DNA of 60,000 bases. It comes from Felis catus (lineage: Eukaryota). Location: the NCBI RefSeq assembly GCF_018350175.1, contig NC_058383.1, positions 7,566,001 to 7,626,000 on the forward strand, given 5' to 3'. The number at the start of each line of letters is the position of its first letter. The stretch's first letter is position 1. The notes under the pieces are model-generated. The model saw only the letters and a list, made by a program, of their open reading frames with translations, was not told the DNA's origin and ran no database searches. A program made the translations under genes and the position numbers. Positions 1-9,270 of this stretch are shown here, in pieces.

Positions 1-795
1 CCCAGGAGATTACTTCTGCTTCCCTCCCCATTGGGAAGTTCCTCTCCAGGGCTCTAGGCTGGATTATTTAGGATTTGGAGGAAGGAAGCCACTTGGGTGC
101 ACTGAGACATCTGGGAAAAGCAAGTTCTGTGGACTTGTCTTCCATCCCGCCCCTTTCTCTCAAGCAAGTCTCTGTTCCCCTGTTTGGCCAAGTCAAGACA
201 GGACTCCATCATGTCTGGGGAGGGAGAGAGTGGCGGGAGGTGCAAACAGCTCCCTTGGCTGCTGGCTGAACTCACCTTCTTCCTTTCCTCCCCTCCCACT
301 CCCAGGATGTTAAAGAAGCCAGAGAAAAATGAGAGCAGTATTCCTTCCCACAAGCCCACAGGCTCAAGGCTGGAATGGCTCCTGGGCCTGTAGCTACTTG
401 CAAGGCTATTTGCCAGTGACCCTCAGGGGCACCCTTAACCCTGCTCCACCACCCTCTCACTGAAACCTTAAGGTCCCCAGTAGGAAGAGGACTTGGAGGG
501 GCTGATCCTGAATCTTAAACAGTGAGGCAACCATTCCAACCTCTGGACACAGACCCTGTACCAACGCCATTCAGGTCCAGAATGGTTCCTGGCACATAGG
601 GAGATGTGAGGAATAACTGGTAATTGAAAGCTCCAGAAATGAGCCAACTGTGTATCAGCCCGTTTTGAGGCCACACCTGAAAACAGGTTTTGACTTCATG
701 CTGACTAAAGTCCAGACAGATTCCCAGTGAAGTCACTTAATGCACTGAACACCTGCAGTGTAACAGGTATGTGTGTGTATGTTTAACATGTATGT

Positions 796-1010
796 GGGGC
801 GCCTGGGTGGCGCAGTCGGTTAAGCCTCCGACTTCAGCCAGGTCACGATCTCGCGGTCCATGAGTTCGAGCCCCGCGTCGGGTTCTGGGCTGATGGCTCA
901 GAGCCTGGAGCCTGTTTCCGATTCTGTGTCTCCCTCTCTCTCTGCCCCTCCCCCGTTCATGCTCTGTCTCTCTCTGTCCCCCCAAAAATAAATAAATGTT
1001 GGGAAAAAAA
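796..1010 (+). mobile_element. Young felid CanSINE (SINEC_Fc)
   Basis: GGGGCGCCTGGGTGGCGCAGTCGGTTAAG tRNA-derived head, (CT)n, A-rich tail; TSD AACATGTATGT at 785-795 and 1011-1021. Confidence 0.95.
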
Positions 1011-1549
1011 AACATGTATGTTACATGTCCCCTCTGAGCTGGACTCATTAATTGGATCAATGAAAGCGGCATGATCTTATTAAACATGACCCTTCTGTCC
1101 CTGGTTTCTCTTACAAAAAACGGAAGCAATAATACCTCATCATAAAGCTGCTGTGAGAATTACTTAGAACAGGACATAAAAAATAGTTGCCATAGGTGCT
1201 TAATAAGTGGTGGCTGGTATCACTGTGGCTGTAAAGGTTGAGGTGTGGCGGACAGCTAATAGGCTCAGGGTAGCAGAGCTATAGGACTGGGCAGCCAGGT
1301 GCAGTTCCCGACTTTTGGGAAAGATGCCCCGGATTCCCAGCAAGGGGGCCCAACTCCTCCAGAGCAGTGAGGGATCGGGAAGCGGTGAGGGGAGTAGTTT
1401 GCTGACTCTTCTAGTGAATTGGGTGCTTCCAGCAACCCTCCCCGTTGCTCCTCACTACCTCCCGCCCACCCCCTATCCCCCAATCCCCGCTTTGCTCACG
1501 CCCACCGCCTATTCACCACTAACCTCTACGTGAGCAAGACCTAGCAACA

Positions 1550-2300
1550 CAGCCAGCCGCACCCTCCCTCCTCCTCCCCTTCCCCCCTACCACCCCGCCC
1601 CGGGGCCTCTGCTGTCATCCCTTCCTCCTTCGCCAAGCCACCCCCAAGGCCCGTGAACACTGAAATCCCCTAATTTTGCAGACTTGTGACATATCCCTGC
1701 TTTTCCTTGGGGAGCCACCTCTGCGCCTCCGCGTGGACCAGCAAAAGGGCGGACTAAGTCCGAGAGGGGACCTGCGGTTCCACGGTCTCCTTCCTCTTGC
1801 CTCCCGCCACCACCCCTCCCCCCCCCCCCTCCCGCCTCCTCCAAACCGCCTCGGCCTCCCGCCGGGCCGTTCGCCCCGGGGCGCCAGGCTGACACCCTAC
1901 CGGGAAGCAGGACTCTCGGCCCTGGGGCGCCTTTGCCCATCCGCCGCACCACCCCAGGTCTCCCCTGCGTCCCCGCGCCCCCGCCCCCGCCCGTGGCACC
2001 GCTGGGAACCCTGGGAGGTGTAGTTTTGCGCAGCTCTCGGCAGGGGCGCGGCCAGCTGGGCCTGCGTGCTTTCCCCACCGTCGCGTGTCCGGCTCCCGGG
2101 TAGGAGTCTTCGGACCCACCAACCTCGCTGCGGCGGAGCCCTCGAGCGCCAGAGGGGCTCGTCAGTGCGCTGGCCGCTGGAGCCGGCAGTTTCCAGCAGA
2201 TCTTTGCCCTCCGGCTTTACACAACCCACTTAACCTCTGCAAAACACCCATCTTGTAAGATTGCCCAGGAGAGCATGGGCTCAGGACCTGATGCGAGGTG
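1550..2300. promoter_or_regulatory. CpG island-like region with GC boxes, no associated CDS in window
   Basis: High GC and dense CpG, repeated CCCCGCCC (1978-1991). Confidence 0.6.
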
Positions 2301-2546
2301 GCGTGTCTCTGTAAAGGGTGCTGCTGCACTCCCGGCCTGGCAGGGTTGCCAAAGGCAATTCAGCCCCTGGAGGTGGGTTTGGGCCTAGGGCCTGGATGTG
2401 TTGATCCCCCCAAAGCCCCCTCCCCCAAGCCCACAAACTTCTCCCACGCATATTTGGGGCAGGACCTGAGGTGCCCCCTCCGAGTTCCCCTCATTGCTTC
2501 TGGCTATCCACAAACACACTCTCCATTTACTCAGAAATATCTGATA

Positions 2547-2552
2547 TTTATT
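2547..2552 (-). terminator. Probable SPACDR polyadenylation signal AATAAA
   Basis: TTTATT on + strand about 230 nt past the SPACDR stop. Confidence 0.55.
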
Positions 2553-2566
2553 TCCCAACTTTTGAT

Positions 2567-2602
<36 letters not shown>

Positions 2603-2778
2603 TGAATAAATGGAATGAAGGGGAATAAGTGGGACCCCACACCTGGGCTTAGGCTCCCGATGAGAGAGGTGACAGTATGAAAACTTCTCACACACAACTC
2701 CTGGCCTGCTGTCCTAACCTCTCCTATCAACCTTACCTAAGACTGAGGTGGGGCTTTTTGAGGATGTGGGGTTCCCCC

Positions 2779-3012
2779 CTAAAGGGGACTCCGGGCATCC
2801 TGTTTCAGGCCCTGAGCCGTGTCAGGCCGGGAGCCAGTGTGGGCCCGGATGTGGCGCCGCCTCCGCCTCTCCTGCCTGCGGGCCAGCTGTCGCAGTTGTC
2901 TCCGAATGACCCATAGTATCAGGTACACTTCCCGCAGCATCTCAGCTTCCGACGTATCCACTGGGGACCCAGACCTCATTTGGGAGGAAATGGAGGTAGA
3001 ACTCACAGATGA
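2779..3012 (-). CDS. SPACDR: SPACDR (C7orf61) last coding exon, SSVSSTSISSQ...LKQDARSPL*
   Basis: Acceptor tttctctctctttcatag at 3013-3014, phase 0, TAG at 2779-2781; matches recalled C-terminus of human C7orf61 (EVYLVLWAVR...DAQSPL). Confidence 0.9.
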   Translation of the reverse strand, partial: SSVSSTSISSQMRSGSPVDTSEAEMLREVYLILWVIRRQLRQLARRQERRRRRHIRAHTGSRPDTAQGLKQDARSPL

Positions 3013-3631
3013 CTATGAAAGAGAGAGAAATGTGCATAAGTAGCTTGGTCTAGGGAGAAACCGCTGCTGGAAGCACTGCCAGATAAACAGCAACCGCCTT
3101 TCTAGTTCCACCTCCTCCGTCGGACCTCGCTCAGGCACTGCCTCCTTCAGGAAGCCTTCCCAGACTGCACTGGATGGTCTTTGTCTCCACCCTTATGTTT
3201 GGCCCATCTTGTGGCATTTCGTACACTATTTGTTCTGTGCACCTGTCTGCCTTCTACACTACAATGCGAGCTCCTGAAAGACAGGGACCATGTCTGACTC
3301 ACCTTGGAGTCCTCACTAGGGCTTCATGGGGATTGTGTTCAAATGAAGGTCAGAATGGCACCCGATCTCTATCTCCAGTCCAGAGCTCCCTCCTCACCCC
3401 CAGGCCTGTATATCCCACTGCCTCCTAGATACCTCCGTGCAGATGTCCTAGTGGCATCTCAACTCATCTTGTCCCAATGCCCTAAACTCCTTACTTGCTC
3501 CCCTGAGTGTGCTCTTGCTCCTTCATTCTCCATCCCAGTGAAGGGCTCCAGCCTGCTCTGACTTCTGTCTCTCTCCCTTCACCATCATCCAGTCAACCAG
3601 CTGGTGCAACAATTCTACCTCTTAAAAAAAT

Positions 3632-3882
3632 TGTTTTCTAATTTTCTTAATGTTTATTTATTTTTGAGAGACAGAGAGAGACAGAGCATGAGTGGGGGAG
3701 GGACAAAGCAGGGTGGGTAGACCCAGAATCTGAAGCAGGCTCCAGGCTCCGACCTGTCAGCACAGAGCCCAATGCAGGGCTCGAACTCACAAGCCGCGAG
3801 ATCATGACCTGGGTGGAAGTTTGACACCCAACCGACTGAGCCACCCAGGTGCTCCCCCCAAAAAAAATCTTTAATGTTTATT

Positions 3883-3936
<54 letters not shown>

Positions 3937-4090
3937 CATGTACAAGGCCGAGGAGGGGCAGAGAGAGGGAGACAGAGGATCCAAAGCAGGCTCTGTGCTG
4001 ACAGCAGACAGCCCAATGCAGGGCTTGAACTCAAGAACCATGAGATCATGACCTGAGCCAAAGTCAGACACTTAGCCACCCAGGTGCTCC
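3632..4090 (-). mobile_element. Two tandem CanSINEs (one inserted in the tail of the other)
   Basis: Two SINE bodies (~3632-3857, ~3870-4090); near-identical 19-bp TSD AACA(A/G)TTCTACCTCTTAAA at 3608-3626 and 4091-4109 flanks both. Confidence 0.9.
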
Positions 4091-4169
4091 AACAGTTCTA
4101 CCTCTTAAATATCCTGCCTCTCCTCTAGTCCTTTTCTGACCTGCTCTCTCCACAGGGCAGCCAAGTGAA

Positions 4170-4170
4170 C

Positions 4171-4216
<46 letters not shown>
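4170..4216. repeat. (TTA)n microsatellite
   Basis: Direct reading. Confidence 0.95.
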
Positions 4217-4217
<1 letters not shown>

Positions 4218-4280
4218 ATGCTGTAATACTTCATTCAAGGCCAAAATAAATTGGTTTGGTAGTGATCTAGACACTTCCCT

Positions 4281-4480
4281 TTTTATTATTTTTTATTTTT
4301 AAATATTTTATTTATTTATTGGGGGACGAGGGGCAGACAGAGAGAGGGAGAGAGAATCCCAAGCAGGCACCACACTATCAATTCAGACCGCAATGCAGGG
4401 CTCGATTTCACGAAATATGACATCGTGACATGAGCCAAAATCAAGAGTTGGATGCTTAACCAACTGCACCACCCAGGCAC
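4281..4480 (-). mobile_element. CanSINE (older subfamily)
   Basis: Reverse SINE body ending CACCCAGGCACC; CACTTCCCT on both flanks. Confidence 0.85.
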
Positions 4481-4499
4481 CCACAGGCACTTCCCTCTT

Positions 4500-4697
4500 T
4501 AAAATTAAGTTTCTGACTTTGAGATAATTATGGTCACATGCAATTGCAAGAAATACCAGAGTCCTCAGATATTCTTTACCCAGTTTGCCCTAATATTAAA
4601 ATCCTGCAAAACCACAGTATAGTATCATAGGATACTGACATCCATAGTCCACTGATCTTATTCATATACCTGCTCCCCCACCTGTTGCTTGTACTCA

Positions 4698-4743
<46 letters not shown>

Positions 4744-5330
4744 GAATTCTACCTGATTTTATCTCACATACACAGGTTCACCTATCGAACTGCCACAGTC
4801 AACATACAGAACATTTCTATCATCACAAGAATTCCTCATGTGGCCATTTTATAAACAAACTACCTCCCCACCACCTCCGCCCCCTCCCCCCCCCACCGCC
4901 AAACCCTAATCTCTGGCAAGCACTAAACCAGGAATCGAGTCTTCATTTCTACAATTTGTTATTTCAAGAGTGACATATAATACAAATAGAATTATACAGT
5001 ATAGCTATAACCTTTGGGGATTGGTTGTTTTCACTCAGACTAATTCCTGAGATTCATCTACTTCAATAATTTATTTCTTTTTATGGCTGAGAAGTAGTCC
5101 ACAGTATGGATATATCACAGTTTAACCGTTCATCCAGTGAAGGACACTGGGGTTGGTTTGGGCTGTTATAAATAAAGCTGCTAGGAACCTTTCATGTAGA
5201 GATTTTTGTGTGCACATAGTTTCATTTATCTAGAATAAATGCCCAAGAGTACAATTGCTTGGCATAAGATAATTACATGTTCGGTTTCATAAGAAACTAT
5301 CCAACCGTTTCCAGAATAGCTACCACATAT
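4500..5330 (-). mobile_element. Old L1 (L1M-type) 3' fragment containing (TG)n at 4700-4742
   Basis: L1 3'-end motifs such as gctgttataaataaagctgctaggaac and aaactatccaaccgtttccag. Confidence 0.7.
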
Positions 5331-5908
5331 GACAGCAGGCAAGCTTTCTAAATTAAAATCTGATCGTACAAGGGCTCCCATTGCTCTTAGGGCCAAAGCC
5401 AAACTCCACAGATGGCCACTCACTCTGCCTTGCACAAGTTGGCCCTTGGCCCTAGGATTGCCCATACCCATCCCCTTGGGCCAGCACCTCCCTACCCCAG
5501 CCCACTTGCTATTCTGTCTTCATGGAATGCTCCCACCACTCCCTCCTCAACCCACCTGAGGCAGGCCCAATCCTTCAGGCCTCAGTTTCACCCTGTCTTC
5601 TTCTAGGAAGGCCTTCCTTGACTTCCCAGGTCTGGATGAGATGTCCCTTCCCTGGGCTCCCGCAGACCACTGACCTCCCATGTCACACCCTTAAGACACT
5701 GAACCCGCAATGCCTATGACCTTGTCTGTAGCTCCCTTGGCTCCCTTAGTCCTGCTCACCTTGTATTCTCGGTTGCCTGCCTCAGTGCCTGGCACTTAGG
5801 AAAGGCACACAAAATAAATGCTGAACAAGTGATGGGAGGGAGGAATGAGTCATAGGGGCTCTGGGAGGGTGGGAGGACCATTGGGAACTAGGGAAATATG
5901 GTGCTAAC

Positions 5909-6232
5909 CTTCCAGCTGCACATTTGCCAGCCGCTCTGCAGGGCCGAGACCATGAGCATGGAGACAGACTTGACAGCTGTCCGGGGCAGCTGCAGCAGGG
6001 ATCGGGCCCTATGACCCGGCTCCACCTTAGCCCTATCTGTTGCTTTGGCCAACTCGCAGGCATCAGCCACCTCGGGGGACTCCACCATCTTGGAAATCTT
6101 AGCCTCTTTGCAGGGCTCAACCAACTTGAAAGTCTCAACCACCTTGGGAGTCTTCTCCACCTTCAATACACTTTTCTGGGAATCATGGTGTTCCAAGAAG
6201 GTTGACTTAGCTTTTTGTTTCCAGAAGAAAAC
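5909..6232 (-). CDS. SPACDR: SPACDR coding exon 2, VFFWKQK...LQSGWQMCSWK
   Basis: AG acceptor 6233-6234, GTTAGC donor at 5908, phase 0/0; LLQLPRTAVKSVS.LMVSALQSGWQMCSWK matches recalled C7orf61. Confidence 0.92.
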
Positions 6233-6413
6233 CTAAGAACCAAGACAGGGAGAGGAAAGACAAGAGGGGCACAGTGGTCGGCAGAAAGGCAAGCACAGAA
6301 GTAAAGGGGCAATAGGTGTCCCGGCCTCCTCCCCAGATGGGTTCCCGTGACCTCCAGGAGCAGCACCTCCAACCCCAGCATGTCATGAGGATGGAGCATT
6401 CTCTGAAACTCAC

Positions 6414-6467
6414 CCAGGAAGTAATCTTTCGCCAAATCCATCGGAAGAACCTCATAACCACCGCCAT
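6414..6467 (-). CDS. SPACDR: SPACDR coding exon 1, MAVVMRFFRWIWRKITSW
   Basis: ATG at 6467, GTGAGT donor at 6413; resembles recalled human N-terminus MVVMKFFRWV. Confidence 0.85.
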
Positions 6468-6829
6468 TTCTCCCAATACACAAGCACCAAGTAGGGGGCA
6501 GGACAAGCATTTGGTACAAAGGGTGGAGGGGACCAGGCTGCAGGCCAGTGGCCACCACCTAAGGGGTCTCTTGGAAGCTTCAAGTGCAGCCAAGAAGAAA
6601 GAAATGGAGAATCTAGGGGGAAAACTTTCACCGACAACTCATCCTAAGCCTTTCCTCCCCTCCCTGAGACAGGGAGAGGAGTCAAAGTGGATGAGAACTC
6701 AGAGGAAGGCAGAGTTCTAGCCCATTGTGAGAGCCTACCTACCCCTGACCCCACCCCCCGAGGCCCTTCCAGGATCCCTGGAACCAATCCCGGAGCCCTC
6801 AGTTCTCCCTCCCCCAGGTCCAGGGAAGG

Positions 6830-7040
6830 GAAGCTAACATTTATTGAGCACCTGATACTCACTGGGCATTTCCCAGGTATGATGTCATGCAATCATCACA
6901 GCAACCCTTCCGGTAGGTATTACTGTCAGAGCCATTTTACCCGTAGGGAAGCTGAGATTCAGAAAAAAACAAAGAACCTGCCCAAGGTCATAAATGCAGG
7001 GAGCCAAAGGGTGGGAAGTCCAACCTGGGTCGGCCTCCAG
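6830..7040 (+). mobile_element. MIR
   Basis: gctaacatttattgagcac ... cattttacccgtagggaagctgag ... cctgcccaaggtca MIR core. Confidence 0.7.
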
Positions 7041-7742
7041 TGTCCCACTCTCCCTCCACAGGTCCCCTTTAGTCTGGGGTCAGGGTGCTCTGAGACAGTT
7101 GGCTGCTGCTTTTCCCCCTTCCCCACTAGATGGGGTCCTTCTCTCTACCTGTCTCTGCAGCCTGGGATGGGAGCCCAGCCCAGGCTCTCAGGGAGGGGCC
7201 TGCTCACCCACAGGGCCCGTCCTCAGCCAGCTGGGGGTGGAAGCCACAGAGGCCAGCCAGGCCTGGCGAGGGCACCGTGTGCCCGGGGAGCCTGGCCCAC
7301 ACCCAGCGCTGAGACAAGGGGCCCATTCAGGGCCCCCGGCCCCGCCCCCAAGCCACCACCGGGATCCAGCCCGCAGAGGGGACACGCTGGGAAGCTGGGG
7401 GTGGATCCTGCACAATTACCAAAGGCCTCATTGTTTCCCTGCCCCCCCCCCAGCACGTGGGCTGACGCCCCCCTCCTCCCCCCTCCACTCCTTCTGTCTT
7501 GCCTGCCTGCCCCTTCCCAGGACCCAGGCCACTGGCTTCCCCACCCTCCCCTCACCCCCTTCCACAACTCTTTTTCCGACCACTCTGTCTGAGCCACATT
7601 CAAACCTTCCCAGTCTGCACAAGATCTCTAAGGGAGCCCACAGCCTCAGTCTTTCCCCCACGAGTGGAAATGCCACTGCAGGCCCCATCTGGACACAAGC
7701 AACGAGATGCCAACCTCCAGATTCAAGTTTCTTCGGATTTTT

Positions 7743-7766
7743 TTTAATTATAATTATTATTTTAAT
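7743..7766 (-). terminator. TSC22D4 polyadenylation signals (two ATTAAA)
   Basis: TTTAAT at 7743-7748 and 7761-7766 in an AT-rich patch ~440 nt past the stop. Confidence 0.6.
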
Positions 7767-8200
7767 AACAACCTGAATCCCAGAACTCGCAGACTGTCCA
7801 TATTCCCTCCCCTGGGCAGAGGAGAGGGGGTACTTTGAGGGAATGAGGTGGGGATGGGATGTCTGCCAGGGAGACTCCAACGCCCCCAGCCATCTACTGC
7901 CAGGGGTCCCAGAACACTGACACCTCGGGAGGGAGGAGGGCTCCATCTAACACCCCATCCTGAAGCCCTCCCTCCTCCTTCAAGGCCTGGAGATGCCGCA
8001 TGCCGCAGCTCAGTCCCTGGGCACTAGGGGGAGATTGAGGAAGAGTTGTGGGGGGCGGGGACAGGCCAATTCTGAGCCTTCAACTCCCATCCCCAGGGAT
8101 CAGGAGGCATTAAAGCTGCATAGGAAGAGGGGGCAGGCAGCTGGCACAAGGCCTGGCAGCTGTGGGAGCCCCCAAAGGCACATTGTGAGGGAAGGGAGGC

Positions 8201-8410
8201 TCAGACGGAGGGCCCATTGGGCGCAGGGGGCCCAAGCCGCGGGACCCCCGAGGAAGGCAGCTGGGCCAGCTGCTCGGGGCTGGCCAGGGCACGCAGCAGT
8301 CCATTCTCCTGCTCCAGCGCGGCATTCCGCTCGGCCAGGTCTCGGATCTGCTCCTTCAGCACCTCCACCTCCTCCCGGACCGCAAACATGAGGTGGGACT
8401 TCACCAAGTC
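8201..8410 (-). CDS. TSC22D4: TSC22D4 last exon: TSC box end and leucine zipper
   Basis: [48 protein letters not shown]...PNGPSV*; AG acceptor 8411-8412. Confidence 0.97.
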   Translation of the reverse strand, partial: DLVKSHLMFAVREEVEVLKEQIRDLAERNAALEQENGLLRALASPEQLAQLPSSGVPRLGPPAPNGPSV

Positions 8411-8804
8411 CTGGGGGCCCGGGACAGGCAAAGGGTCAGGGGTCCCAGGCCACCCCAACTGCCCAGTGCCTCCAGGGTCTGGGTGTGAGAGATGCCCCTG
8501 CTCCCAAATGATGAAGGACCACAGGAGAAGCAGCAAAGCAGGGAAGCGGTGGGGAAGGCGGGGGGCACGGAGCGGAAAGAGGGGACAGAGACAAAGTTAG
8601 GGCTTAAAGACAGAGATGGGGGCTGGGTCAGAGACCAAGGGAAATCAGGAGTTCAGGTGGAGACCGGAGGGGGTGAAGAACCCAAGGGAACCCAGCTGGG
8701 AGTCAGATGAGGAGCTGGGAGTTAGTATTCCCTAATGAGGACAGCAGAGGAGGGGCAGCAGGACATGAGCTGGGACCACCTGGGACCAAGATGGCTTCTC
8801 TTAC

Positions 8805-8853
8805 CATGGCTTGTTCGATCTTGTTGTCAATGCCAACCAGGCTTCCGGAGCCG
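8805..8853 (-). CDS. TSC22D4: TSC22D4 49-nt exon (S)GSGSLVGIDNKIEQAM
   Basis: tccccag acceptor 8854-8855 (phase 2), GTAAGA donor at 8804; start of TSC box. Confidence 0.96.
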
Positions 8854-9022
8854 CTGGGGAGACACAGGGAGATGAGAGGTGAGGGGGAAGAGCAGGTGCC
8901 AAACCAGGTCCAGGTGTCTGGACACCGCAGCCAGCTGCCCTCTGGGTCCTTCTCAGAGCAGGCTCTGGCCTCCTCCACAAGCCCCATTCACTGCAGCCTC
9001 CCACCCACACCCCTGTCTGTAC

Positions 9023-9270
9023 CTGTGACAGTAGAGAATCAGGGAGAGGAGGGTTTTGTCCATCCCCCGGCGGGGTGAGGGCCGCTGTCCAGGCCCCCCC
9101 AGGCCCCGGTGAGGCGGGGGTGCAGATGCCCCTCGGATGGGGGATGCTCCCCGAGGAGAGCAAGGAGAGGAGACACAGCCCCTTTTCCGGGGAGGCCCTG
9201 GAGCCATCCCCACCACTCGGGTCTCATACGATGACACCAGGGACTTGACAGAGATGCCTGGCTGGGCCAT
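9023..9270 (-). CDS. TSC22D4: Putative alternative first coding exon of TSC22D4 (short 168-aa isoform)
   Basis: ggaATGG Kozak, 82 open codons ending MDKTLLSLILYCH, CAG|GTACAG phase-2 donor compatible with the 8853 acceptor; end motif resembles TSC22D3 IDQTMLSILLFFH. Confidence 0.75.

Noticed and set aside
270..278. Perfect minus-strand donor AAG|GTGAGT
   Set aside because: Expected by chance in 60 kb; no supporting exon or coding homology, and no PPP1R35 sequence recognised in the window
737..1129. Recurrent ORFs such as NVYLFLGQRETEHERGRGRERG and MAQSVKRPTSAQVMIS (also 19548, 36818, 46763, 49864, 53804)
   Set aside because: Translations of CanSINE consensus, not a protein family
6687..7776. 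Long + strand ORFs (301 aa and 260 aa) between SPACDR and TSC22D4
   Set aside because: GC-rich stop-poor DNA, partly MIR-derived, no recognisable domain
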